A stretch of 64,000 nt of DNA, from the NCBI GenBank assembly GCA_944358385.1, contig CALVQW010000011.1, positions 237 through 64,236 of the forward strand, read 5' to 3'. The notes below the pieces were generated by a model. It did not search any database and was not told the origin of the DNA. It was given only the letters and a program-made list of their open reading frames with translations. Positions within the stretch are counted from its first letter, which is position 1; every line of letters starts with the position of its first letter. A program made the position numbers and the translations under genes. Positions 8,649 through 19,100 of the stretch are shown here, piece by piece. This DNA comes from an uncultured Clostridia bacterium. Its GTDB lineage: Bacteria > Bacillota > Clostridia > Christensenellales > CAG-917.

Positions 8649-9206
8649 TCACTCGTTGATGACGGTGAGGAAGCGAGCCACCCTCCCCCCCATCGCCAGC
8701 TGGGCGTGCGGGAAGGATGGATCGAAATAGATGCTGTCGCCGGCGCGAAGGAAGTAGTCGCGGTTGTCGACGATGACGCGGAGTTCCCCTTCGAGGACGT
8801 AGTTGAACTCCTGCCCGCCGTGCACGACGAGTTCCGGGGTGTCGGTGGGGGCGATGGTGACGAGCATGGGGTTCATGGTCTTTTTGCGGAAGTCGCCGCC
8901 GAGGGAGGTGAAGGAGTAGCCCTCATAGCGTTTGACGGACATGCCTTTGCCGTCGTAGACGACATAGACTTTGTCCTTGGAGGGCAGGACGCCGCTCATG
9001 ACATATGCCGCCTCCGTCTCCATGACGTCCGCGAACTTGTAGATGAGATTGATGGGGATCTCCTTCGTGCCGCTCTCGTAGGCGACATACTCCTCCTCGT
9101 CCACGCCGAGCATTTCAGCCACTTGGGCGGTGGTGTAGTCCGAGAAAGTGCGCAGCTCTTTGAGGCGGGCGGAGATCGCCGCTATATCGTTGCCGTACAT
9201 CTTCAC
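8649..9206 (-). CDS. XRE-family HTH transcriptional regulator with C-terminal cupin domain
   Basis: 185 aa. N-terminal HTH (TTAQVAEMLGVDEEEYVAYESG). C-terminal cupin pattern (HGGQEFNYVLEGELRV...GDSIYFDPSFPH). Confidence 0.85.
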   Translation of the reverse strand: MKMYGNDIAAISARLKELRTFSDYTTAQVAEMLGVDEEEYVAYESGTKEIPINLIYKFADVMETEAAYVMSGVLPSKDKVYVVYDGKGMSVKRYEGYSFTSLGGDFRKKTMNPMLVTIAPTDTPELVVHGGQEFNYVLEGELRVIVDNRDYFLRAGDSIYFDPSFPHAQLAMGGRVARFLTVINE

Positions 9207-9207
9207 C

Positions 9208-9402
9208 TCACAGAACGGCGTTGAGCTTTTCCACGAGCGTGTCGACGTCGATGCCGTGGACAGCCGCCGCTTCCTCTATGGTCTCGCCGTGGGCGAGCAT
9301 GCAATGCAGGCAATGCATACCGCTCTCCTGCAACACTGCCGCGATCTTATCGGGATCGCCCGCTTTAAGGGCGTCCATGATGAGCATATCCTTGGTGATC
9401 AT
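9208..9402 (-). CDS. DUF1858 / hybrid-cluster-associated redox disulfide-type small protein
   Basis: 64 aa. MITKDMLIMDAL...GMHCLHCMLAHGETIEEAAAVHGIDVDTL matches the DUF1858 signature, including the CxxC. GGAGGT SD upstream. Confidence 0.75.
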   Translation of the reverse strand: MITKDMLIMDALKAGDPDKIAAVLQESGMHCLHCMLAHGETIEEAAAVHGIDVDTLVEKLNAVL

Positions 9403-9497
9403 ATCTACCTCCGAAGAAATTTATTCTGTCTCGCCGCAAAAGCGGTTTGAGACGCGTATTTTTATGGTTAAAGTCCCGTTTCGTGCGATCCTCTCAC

Positions 9498-10562
9498 TCA
9501 GAACACATACCCGCTGAAGAAGAACAGCCAGACCAGCACGCCGATGATGCCCGCGGTGAGCAGTGCCGTGAAGATCGCTTTGGGGACGCTGACGGGGGCT
9601 TTGCCCGTCGCCTTACCCGTCCTGCCGTTGACGAGGAAGGACCACAATTTGTCACGGAACTTGTAGCCGCACACCCACACGGGCAGGAGGATGTAATTGA
9701 ACTTGATGTTTGCGTAACTTGTGTCGACGTTGAGGTACGCCACGTGGTCGTAGCGGTACTGCGAGAGGATGCTCGCCCTGATGTCGTCGTCCATGACGCT
9801 CTTTGCGCCCTCGAAGGAGTCGTCCAGCGACTCGTTATATCTCTCGGCGGCGAACCCCGCGAGATACTCCCTCTTATACTGCTCTGCCGAAGCGAGGTCG
9901 TAAGGGAGGAGCTTGTTCATCTGGGACTGCTCCAGCCCGGACGCCGCCTCCATGACTATATCGGCGTAGCTCTTGTTGTAGCCGCCCGAGACGAAGAACC
10001 AACGGGTGCGGCGTTCCGTGACGGTCTCCTTGCCGCGGCGGACGGTGACATAATAGTCCTCGCCGAGCTTGCCTTCATAGGAGGAGAAGGTGTCCGACGC
10101 GAAGATGAAAGCAGGCTCGTAGATGCCCTTGAACTGCTCCACCTTGAAGTTCTTTTTGAGCTTGGTGGGCGCGAATATCTTTCGTTTCAGCCACTTTTTG
10201 CCGAAGGCAAACGCATTCTCGCGGGTGACGGCGAAAGGCAGGATGCTGTCCGGCTTCAATCCTTGCAACCTCTCCTTCCTGACGATGTTGGTCGCGCCGC
10301 AGTAGGGACACTCCTCCGTGGAGGCGAAGTTCTCCAACACTATGCCCGCGCCGCAGTTGGGACACTCGTACTCCGAAGCCCCCTCCTCCACCTCGCCGTC
10401 ATTGCGTTCCAAGAGGAAATCGCGCTTGACGGTGATGCGCTTCTCGATGCCCTTCGTCCCGCCGCAATAGGGACAGGACAGCATCCCCGTCGCGGGATCG
10501 AACACCATATCCGCCCCGCAGCCGGGACATTTGATGACGGAAACGTTGCTGTTCTCTGCCAT
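9498..10562 (-). CDS. Zinc-ribbon-rich protein with C-terminal membrane anchor (YdjG-like partner of the SPFH protein)
   Basis: 354 aa. Two zinc ribbons (CPGC-N13-CPYC; CPNC-N15-CPYC). C-terminal TM segment IFTALLTAGIIGVLVWLFFF. Starts 3 nt after the SPFH gene stop. Confidence 0.7.
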   Translation of the reverse strand: MAENSNVSVIKCPGCGADMVFDPATGMLSCPYCGGTKGIEKRITVKRDFLLERNDGEVEEGASEYECPNCGAGIVLENFASTEECPYCGATNIVRKERLQGLKPDSILPFAVTRENAFAFGKKWLKRKIFAPTKLKKNFKVEQFKGIYEPAFIFASDTFSSYEGKLGEDYYVTVRRGKETVTERRTRWFFVSGGYNKSYADIVMEAASGLEQSQMNKLLPYDLASAEQYKREYLAGFAAERYNESLDDSFEGAKSVMDDDIRASILSQYRYDHVAYLNVDTSYANIKFNYILLPVWVCGYKFRDKLWSFLVNGRTGKATGKAPVSVPKAIFTALLTAGIIGVLVWLFFFSGYVF

Positions 10563-10565
10563 GGT

Positions 10566-11699
10566 TTAAAAGAGTTTCTCTCCGCAGTTGGGGCAGAACT
10601 TCGCGCCCGGCTTGACGTCGATGCCGCACTTGGGACATTTCACCGCCAGATTCGCGCCGCATTCGGGGCAGAACCTGGACTTGGCGGGGACAGCCTTGCC
10701 GCACTTGGGACAAGTGATGCTGCCCGCGGGGACGGCTTTCGCACCGCAGTTGGGGCAGAACTTAGCCGCCGCATCCATATCGCTGCCGCACTTTGCGCAC
10801 TTGACCTTGGAGGACGCGGCACTCTTGCCCGCCGCATCCAGCCCGTCGCCAAGCTGCCCTGCCATGCGCGCACCTATGCCCAAACCCATGCCCATGGACG
10901 CAAACGCACCGCCTGCGCCGGGATTGCGGGCAGCGTCGCGCATCGCCTGCACGGACTCGTATTGCGCATATTCCGCCATCTTGCCGTCGAAAACGCCGAG
11001 GGTGGTGCGCTGATCCATCGCCTTCTCCACCGCTTCGGGGAGCTTGAAGTTGCGGATGATGATCTGATCCACCGCAAGACCGAGCTTGCCGAACCTTGCA
11101 CACGCGTGGTCGCGCGCGGTGTCGCCGAGTTCGAGATAATTCGCCGCAAGATCGAGCGCGGGGATCTCGCACTCACCGAGCAGATCGGTGAGTTCCGCCA
11201 GCACCATGCTGCGCAGATAGTCCGCGATGTCCTCCGTCTTGAAGGAGTGGATGGTGCCGAAGCACTCGCGCATGAAGAGCGCGGGATCGCAGACATGGAA
11301 GCTGTACTCGCCGTGTCCCATTATGCGGATCATGCCGAAATCCTTGTCGCGCATCATTATGGGGTTGGCGGTGCCCCACTTCATACCGATGAACTGTTTG
11401 AGGCTGACGTAATATACGTCCGACTTTTTGGGCATATCCCAGCCGTACTTCCACGCGCCGAGCTTGGAGAGGATGGGGACGTTGTCGGGGGAAAGCTCCC
11501 AGGTGCCCGCGGTGAACACGTCCGCGATCTGCCCCTCTGTGACGAAGATGGCAGCCTGAGACTCTCTGACGACCAGCTGAGAACCCTTCATGATCTCATA
11601 TCTGTCGCCGACGGGGAATTTGTAGACGATGGTGTCCTTGTCGGACTCCGTCCATTCTATGACTTTGAGCAGGTTTTTCTTGATGAATCCCATATTCAC
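10566..11699 (-). CDS. SPFH/band-7 family protein with three C-terminal zinc ribbons (COG4260 / YdjI-like)
   Basis: 377 aa. N-terminus MGFIKKNLLKVIEWT...IVYKFP... is typical of the YdjI/virion-core-like SPFH family. C-terminus has CAKCG-N10-CPNCG, CPKCG-N10-CPECG and CPKCG-N10-CPNCG. GGAGGTG SD upstream. Confidence 0.8.
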   Translation of the reverse strand: MNMGFIKKNLLKVIEWTESDKDTIVYKFPVGDRYEIMKGSQLVVRESQAAIFVTEGQIADVFTAGTWELSPDNVPILSKLGAWKYGWDMPKKSDVYYVSLKQFIGMKWGTANPIMMRDKDFGMIRIMGHGEYSFHVCDPALFMRECFGTIHSFKTEDIADYLRSMVLAELTDLLGECEIPALDLAANYLELGDTARDHACARFGKLGLAVDQIIIRNFKLPEAVEKAMDQRTTLGVFDGKMAEYAQYESVQAMRDAARNPGAGGAFASMGMGLGIGARMAGQLGDGLDAAGKSAASSKVKCAKCGSDMDAAAKFCPNCGAKAVPAGSITCPKCGKAVPAKSRFCPECGANLAVKCPKCGIDVKPGAKFCPNCGEKLF

Positions 11700-11714
11700 C
11701 TCCGATATGTTTAC

Positions 11715-11743
11715 ATTATATCAGCCATCCGCGCAAATTTCAA
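11715..11743 (-). promoter_or_regulatory. Sigma-A-type promoter for the SPFH/zinc-ribbon operon
   Basis: The minus strand reads TTGAAA (11738-11743), a 17-nt spacer, then TATAAT (11715-11720). It sits in the 50-bp gap after the AEC gene stop. Confidence 0.6.
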
Positions 11744-11749
11744 CAATTA

Positions 11750-12784
11750 TCAAAACAACAGCATAAGAACGGGGATGGTGAGTATGCTCAGCACCGTGGA
11801 CATCAGTATGGAATTTGCGGCGGTCTTTTGATCCGCACCGTAAAGCTCCGCGAGGTTGAGGTTGATGGTGGCGGCGGGCATGCCCGAAAGCAGCACCAGA
11901 GACACTCTCAGCATCTCGTCCATGCCCTCGAAGGGAAGCAGCACGAGGTAGACGACAAGCGGGAACACCAACGTCTTGACCAGCGATGAGATGTACACCC
12001 TGAGGTCGGTGAAGAGCTGCACCACGGGCGCGAGGGCGAAACGCATGCCGAGGATGATCATGCAAAGGGGCGCGGTCATATCCGCGAGATAGCCTATGAC
12101 GGTGTTGAGGGTGTCGGGGAGGTCGCCCGCGCTCACTCCCGCGAAAAAGAGAGGAAGGGAGATGACGAGGGTGACGGTCTGGGGATTGATGAGGGCGCGG
12201 CGGAGGCTGACGTGCCGCCTGTCCCCCGTGAGGACGTAGGAACCCACAGTCCAACTCATGAGGTTGAGGGTGACGATGAACACGGCGGAATAGGCGATGG
12301 CTTCGTGCGCGTCGGGGAAAAGGAATTGCAGCACGGGAACGCCGAAGAAACCGACGTTGCCGAAAGCGCACGCGAGGACGGTGGCGCGGTTTGCCCTGCC
12401 CGCGACGCAGCGACGGATCTCGGCATTGAGAGCAGGCTCTTTGGTGCAGGTGTTGCCGCCTATGAAGCCGTCGCGTATGAGAGCGGCGGACTGCTCCGGA
12501 TCGTCAAATCTGCGGCGGAGGATGAGCCATACCACGAAAAAGACCACCGCCTGCCCCGCGAGGGACACCGCGAACATTATGGCAAGATTGACCGCGAGCT
12601 GCGGGGTGTAGCTGACCTCGAGAAAGGAGCGTATGGAAAGAAATGGCTGACTGACGTAAAGCAGCAGGACGGAAAGATAAGTGATAGCCTTCTCGGGCAG
12701 CAGCTTGGTCTTGATGAGCAAGAAGCCCGGCACCGCCATGGCGATGAGCATGAGGACGCTCAAAGCCGTTGTAGAAAATTCCAT
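11750..12784 (-). CDS. AEC (auxin efflux carrier) family transporter
   Basis: About 10-TM protein. N-terminus ...LSVLMLIAMAVPGFLLIKTKLLPEKAI..LSVLLLYVSQPFL is typical of the AEC/membrane transport protein family. Start set at the ATG (12782-12784), preceded by AGGTG. The track start at 12790 is a GTG. Confidence 0.8.
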   Translation of the reverse strand: MEFSTTALSVLMLIAMAVPGFLLIKTKLLPEKAITYLSVLLLYVSQPFLSIRSFLEVSYTPQLAVNLAIMFAVSLAGQAVVFFVVWLILRRRFDDPEQSAALIRDGFIGGNTCTKEPALNAEIRRCVAGRANRATVLACAFGNVGFFGVPVLQFLFPDAHEAIAYSAVFIVTLNLMSWTVGSYVLTGDRRHVSLRRALINPQTVTLVISLPLFFAGVSAGDLPDTLNTVIGYLADMTAPLCMIILGMRFALAPVVQLFTDLRVYISSLVKTLVFPLVVYLVLLPFEGMDEMLRVSLVLLSGMPAATINLNLAELYGADQKTAANSILMSTVLSILTIPVLMLLF

Positions 12785-12821
12785 TGTCACACCTGTCCCG
12801 CGGGACAGCCCTCCGAGAACG

Positions 12822-12850
12822 ATTATACTTTACGCGGCGCGGGAGAGCAA
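12822..12850 (-). promoter_or_regulatory. Candidate promoter for AEC transporter
   Basis: The minus strand reads TTGCTC (12845-12850), a 17-nt spacer, then TATAAT (12822-12827). Confidence 0.45.
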
Positions 12851-12964
12851 CAGTCCTCGCGCTATTTTTCCGTCGAAATTGCTTGGCAACGCCGAAAAGA
12901 GGGCGCGGGAAACGGAATAGCGGCGGAAAAGGACAAGGCGCGCCGTTGTGAGACATAAAACGAC

Positions 12965-13080
12965 GGGATCAAACAAAATGCAAGGGAAAGGGACAAAAAA
13001 GGACAAAAGACAAGGGGAAGGAGCAAAAAACGGCAGAAAACGGGGAAAAGGGGCGGAAAGCGACAAAAGACGCAAGACAA
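12965..13080. repeat. T-depleted A/G-rich low-complexity tract
   Basis: About 115 bp on the plus strand with almost no T. It is built of reiterated ggacaaaa / cggnaaaa-like units (gggacaaaaaaggacaaaagacaaggggaaggagcaaaaaacggcagaaaacggggaaaaggggcggaaagcgacaaaagacgcaagacaa). Confidence 0.6.
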
Positions 13081-13105
13081 AGCCGCCCCGTCGGGGGCGG
13101 CTTTG
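13060..13105 (-). terminator. Rho-independent terminator of the giant gene
   Basis: Perfect 11-bp stem aaagccgcccc/ggggcggcttt (13079-13104) with a 4-nt loop, about 40 nt after the stop. On the minus strand it is followed by a U-rich gucuugcgucuuuug. Confidence 0.6.
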
Positions 13106-13142
13106 GTGAAGTTTGGTGTGTGCGAGTCGGGACGCGACGCGC

Positions 13143-16100
13143 TCAGTTGGTAGTTTCGCTGACGCCGCCATTGGGATCGACGGAGAAGGAGCGTGTATAG
13201 CCGACCTTGCCTGCGGGCACTTTCCTGCCCTTGTCGACATAGCCGCTCTGGATCTTGTCGCCGACACCCTCGCCGAGAGTCTTGTACTGGTCTTCCGCGG
13301 TGTCATAGCCGGTGATGGTCGCCTGAGAGGTGGTGGGCAGATAGCCGCCGGACGCCCAGTCGAGCACCTTGCCGTTGGCGTTGGTGACCGCGCCGATGTA
13401 CGGGGTGAGGACGTAAGTCGCCGGCCTGCCTGCGATCTTGGGAAGCGGGATGTTGCCGGAGCTGTCCGCATCCGCCGCGGAGAAGGAGACGATGTAGCTT
13501 GCGCCGTCAATGAACACCCTGCCGTACCACACGATGGAGTAGCCGTCGACGGACGCGCGGAGCTTGCCGTCGATGAGACCGATTTTGCCGTCGCCTTTGT
13601 ACTCACCCTTGGGCTCGACTTCGACGGAGATGCGGACGCGCTGACCGCTCTCGACGCGGATCATCGCATCGCCCGCGCTGTCCGTGCCGTTCTTAGCCAG
13701 CTCATAGGTGATGTTGGCACCCGTGGGCATCGTGGGGCTGAGGTAGCTGCTGATGCACCACTTCTCGGTGTCTGCATCCGTCCTCCAAACGTTCTTCCAG
13801 ACGATGTTGCCGTTCTCGTCGATCTCGGGATCCTGCACCGCATAGGTGATGCGCCACGCGTTGGGCAGGCTGAAGGTGGAAGGATCGTAGGGCTGGACGG
13901 TGTACTTGGCAGATGCGGTCTGACCGGTGTAGACATTGGGGAGCGTCGCCTTGTCCACGTCGATGGACCTGCCGAAGTTCTCGGAATCGGTGTTCACTTC
14001 AAACACCTTCTTCTCGCCGCCGCTTACCACCTGCTTGTTGATCTTGTCATACTCCTCGAGCATCGCCACCACCCTGCGGGAGACGAGGTATTCTATCTCG
14101 TAATCCTGCGAGTAGCCGTCGGGACCGGTGAGTCTTGCGACGAGGGTGACCAAACCGCCGAGGTAGTTGACGGTCATGTCGGTGTACACCCAAGTGAGGG
14201 TGAAACCGTTGCGGTCCGCGTCGTTGAGGTCGAACGCGACGGGAGCATCCATGCCCGTGATCTTGGCATAGACCGTCGGGACAGCCGCCTCAAGCTGAGT
14301 GCGGAAGGAGGTGATGTTGAACTCGATGGGATCGATGCAGGTCTGTTTGGGAGCCTCGCCGGAGTACTCGCCCTCTTTCCAGACGCGGCCGGTGGCGGGC
14401 AGGCTGTCGAGAAGCCCGTCCGTGTCGTCCGCGATGGTGGTGCCATCGACGATGGTGCGCTCGATGACGTTGATGAAGCCGTCCCAGGTGTAGTTCTGCG
14501 CGCCGAAGGGCGAGGACTTGCTCTCGGTGCCGTCCTCCGCCGTCGTTGTGACGACGGGAGCGGGGACGTTGAAGCGCACATCGAAGCTGCCGCCGCGATA
14601 GCTGTTGCGCACCGCCGCGAGGTTGATCCACTCGACCTCGACGCCATTGATGACCGCGCCGCTCTCCGTCTTGAGGTCCACCGTCTTGGGGATGTAGACG
14701 TAGTAGTCGAACACATCCACTTCTTTGCCTTCCACGACTTCCTTGCGCATGACCGGCTCGTCGATGTCAAGCCCGTCGAAAGGATCGAAGGTGTAGACAC
14801 CGTTCTTGAAGTTCTCCGCAAAGTAATCGGAGTTGCCCTTATCGCCGCCGAAGTAGCCCGCATAGCTGCCGTCGACCGCGGTGAAGGTGACATCGGTCAC
14901 TGTGCCGTTGACGATGCGGATGGGCATCGTGATAGTGCCGGTGACGCCGGAGTGCGTGGAGACGGTGACGGAAGTGTTCCTGTTGCCGCCGAGGTAGTTG
15001 TAGGTGATGCCGGAGTGGTTCCAGGTGAGGTCGCCCGCCGCGAAGGTGTACTCCGCCGCATAGACATAGGCGTAAGTGCCGTCCGCGTCGAAGTTGCCGT
15101 CCGCGTCATAGCGATAGCCTTTGCCGGAGGCATCCTTCAGCTCGACATAGCGAGGAGCGTCCATGTCCTCTGCCGTGCCGATGTAACTATCGAGTGCGGT
15201 CACGGGGACGAACCTGCCGTCGATGAACACTCTGACATTGCTTGTGAGTTTCGTGCCGTTGGTCTCGTGAGGCGTGGGCAGGAGATCGTCGCCCATATAC
15301 ATGTCTTTATAAGGCGCGAAGTCCTGATACGTGCCGACCGCCGTACCGTCGAGGTCGCCGTAGGCGATGTCGGAGAGCAAGTTGCCGGCATTGACGCGGA
15401 GGGCGGAGAAGGTGACTTCCAGCGTACCGCTGAACGCCGCCGCCGTACCCGAGGCATTGCGCAACTCATAGCCGCAATCCTTGGAGACCTCGCTCGCCGC
15501 CGACTTGACCTCGGGCAGATCTTTGATGTCGAAAGTGTACTCAATGACTTCGTTGCCCGCCTCGAACGTGACCGCGATCTTCACCGCCTCGTCCGTGCCG
15601 GAGAACACCTCCTCGTCCGCATAGCGGTAGACGTTCATGACGGTGATGCCGGTGGGCAGGTGGGTATCGCGGGAGTAGGACACTTCGATGACCTGACCGT
15701 TAGTCCTGTCCGCATAGCGGCGGACGTCGTCGGAGAACCTTCTGGTCTCCGAGACAAGCTTGAATGTGTCGGGCAGGACGATCTCGGTGTCGACAATGAC
15801 GCGCTCATTGATGACGATGGGGACAACCGCCTGATAGAGGTTGCCGTCCGCGTCCTCGAAGGTGGCGATGTTGTCGGGATACCTCGCGCCCGCGAGCGGG
15901 AGAGCCACGTCGGATGCGAGCTTGTCGCTCCAGCTCACGACGTAGACGGTGATCTCTCTGCCGTCCGCGAGTTCCACTTGGAGCGTGTCGCCCTTGACTT
16001 CTTCGGTCTCCCCGGTCTCCTCATTGACTTTGTCATAAGTCAGCGCGGGACGGTTCGCCGCGATGAACGCGCCGAGAGTGCCGTATTCCATGGGATCGAC

Positions 16101-19100
16101 GGACATTGCGCGGTAGGCGGGAGAGACGATCTCCGTTATGACGCCGTACTCCGTCGCGGTGTCGCCGCCTTCGGGAGTGCCGCCCTCCACCGCATCGTTC
16201 ACTTCCTCGTTGTCGGCGAGGGTGACGAGGACGTCGGTGTCCACGGTTTCGCCGGAGGCGGAGACGGTGAGATGCGCCACGTCGGAGGTGCGGGTGGTGT
16301 CATAGACAAAGCCGTTCCAATCGAACTTCGCCTTCATCGCCGTGCCGTCGGGCTGCACCACGGAGCCACTCTCGGGCATCGCGCCGTAGAGCTGCGCCGC
16401 GGTGGTGATGGTGTAAGTCATCACGCCGTCCTGCTGTGTCGCGGAGCTGCCGTCCGAGAACACATAGGTGTCGGGCGTGGGAGCGGGGGCGGGAGCAGCG
16501 GGTGTCGCCCACTCGAAGCCGCCCTCCTCTCCTATGGATATGGTGACGGTGACGGGCTGCGCCGCAGCGACAAAGCCCATGTTGTCGGGGACGTCTCCGA
16601 GTGCCTCTTTGACCTGATCCGCGGAGGGGTTCATCACCCACGCGTCTTTGACATTGATGAGGAAGTCATCCGCAAAGCCGCGCACGTACTCCCACGCGCC
16701 GCCGACGCCGAGGTCGGTCTCCTGCAGCTCCTTCCAGACATTGAACCCGTCCACATACATGGTGATGTCGACGGTGACATTCCTGCCGGGACGTCTGGCC
16801 ATCGCGTTGAGCAGCTCGGTGAGGTCCCATCCCACCACGGTGCGGGAGCCTATTTCGCCGCCGCGCCCGCCGTCCGCCGTGACGAAGTTGCCGCCCGTGA
16901 TGCCGACGAGGTCACGGAGGAAATACTCCTTGATCGCCGTACGAGCCTGTGCCAAAGTCATGTCGGTGAGACCGAGTGCTTCCGCAAAGACGCTCCAGCT
17001 GCTGTATGCGGTTTTGAATTTGGTATCCGTATAGTCGTAGCCGCTCTCCACGCTGTCGATGAGTGCGGAGGAGATGGACAGGGTGACATCATGCGTCTGT
17101 GTGGCGGAGAAGCCCCACTGATAGCTGATGCCCACGGTGACGGTCTCGCCGCCGTCCGTGCCGTCCCAGCCGTAGTCCAGCCCGTTGAGATCCCACGAGA
17201 AGGTGCCCACGGGCAGGACGCCGCCGCTCAACGCCGTGTCGATGACATAGTAGTCCACGCCGCCGAGAGTGACTTGCTCAAGCTCATCACCGTTCATCGC
17301 CGCGAGCGCGGTGTAGAGAGGATAGATGTTGTAGACGCCGTTGGTCTGCTGATATTGCCCCGCGCCGGTGCGCAGCACTGCGGTGAGCGGGTTGCCTTCC
17401 GCATCCACAGCCTGCTTGCCGAACACATAGCCAGTGCCGTTGCGGAACTCGATGTAGACGAGGTCGTCCGCGATCGCGGTGTCGCCGCCCGCCCAATCGA
17501 GGGAGACCGCAGCACCCTTGCCGCCCTTGTCCACTTCATAGACGCCCTCGAAGTACTGGCCGCCGGTGACGTAGACGGGGATCATCGCCACGACGAGGTT
17601 CAAAGCATAGCCGTAGACATAGCCCGCAAGCCTGTTGTTTTCCTTAAGCGCGGAGGGGCTGAAGTCCAGCGCACCCGCATCCCAGGTGATCGGGACATTG
17701 TGCGCGCCGCCGCTCTGTCCGACGAGTATCACGTTCGCCGTCGTGGGCAGATTCGCTCCGAGCAGCAGATCCGCATTCAAAGTGCCGGAATTCACACTGC
17801 TGCCGTTGTTGTAGACGGTCGCGCTCTTGGTGCCGACGTCGTCCACCTCTATGGAGTAGCCGTCCAAGCCCAGCGAGCCTCCCGACAATCCGGACGCTTC
17901 CAGCAAGCTGAACAAGCCTTCGCCCGAGAACTTGGACACTTTGTTGGCCTCGTCAGGCGTCACCAGGTTGCGCGGGTTGATCGAGAGGACGTACGCTTCT
18001 TTAAGCGTGCCGTGCGAGTTGTTGTTGTTCGGATCTTTGTACAGCGTCTGGTTAGATATCTCGCCGCCGCTGTCGTTGACGCCGTTCAAGGTCTTGCCGC
18101 CGTTGTACTCGTACTTCTCGGCATTGACCATGAGTTCGATAGCCTGGATGCCGGGCGCGACCACCCTGCCGTCATTGAAGCCGTACATCTCAGCCTGCGG
18201 GTTAAGGTCGATGTAGATGTTGAGTGACGGGTTGGGCGAGTCGTCATAGCTGGCGAAGGTGGGCAACAGCGTCGAAATGAGCGCGGTCAAGCTGCCGAAG
18301 GCCTTCCTGACATCGCCCGCCAGACCGCTTACGAACGCACCGAGGTGGTAGAGGTCACGGATAACCCAGCTGAAAAGTGCGACGGGTATGGATCTCACGT
18401 AGGGCGTGAGCAATTGCACTCTGAGTTCCGTCTTCTCATGCTCCGAAATGCCCTCGATGTAGTCGATGCTGTCAAGCTCCGCAAACAGGTTGGATATCAC
18501 CCACTGACCGGGACCTTCGCTGTTGCTCGCGTTGTGACGTCTGATGACCTTGCTGAAATCATAGTTTGACTCCAACAAAGCTCCGCCCATCAACCATTGC
18601 GGTCCGTCGTAGGAGAAGTAGTAGAACTTCGTGTTGCTTTCGTGTGCCGCCACGCCGGTGCTGAGGGTGCCGCCGCCGTCGATGTTCAATGTCGTCTGAC
18701 CGTTGACGTCGATAGCGACATGGAAGAGAGAGAGGATGGTCGTATAGAGGAAGATCATCAACTCATTGTAGCCGTCCTTGGTGAGTTCCACCTTGACAGA
18801 GACGAGAGACGCGTCCGTCTTGGCGGGATCACCGGGATCGACATAGTCCATACCGGAGAGGTAGGGCTGATAGCCATTGCGGTTGAAGAGATTGACCTCC
18901 ACCTTGTTGACAAGCCCGTTCAGGATGGACATGAGGTCGCCGTCCTTGTAAGAGTAACCGGAAGTCCAGCTCGTGCCGTCCTCGGACTTGGCGTACTTGT
19001 ACGGCTTGTTGACATTGGTGGCAGAAGCTTTGGCAGGTGTGGTAAAGCTCGACGCGTAGGTGAGACTGTTGTCGCCGGTATAGTCATTGGTGACGACTTT

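Noticed and set aside
9447-11831. 794-aa plus-strand ORF spanning two minus-strand genes
   Set aside because: It is in-register antisense of both the zinc-ribbon and SPFH genes. Those have SDs, a promoter and recognisable domains; the plus ORF has none.
14388-14402. LPATG sortase-like motif inside the giant protein (..DSLPATGRVWKEG..)
   Set aside because: It lies hundreds of residues from the C-terminus and is not followed by a hydrophobic segment and a positively charged tail. The true C-terminus (..DPNGGVSETTN) has no sorting signal.
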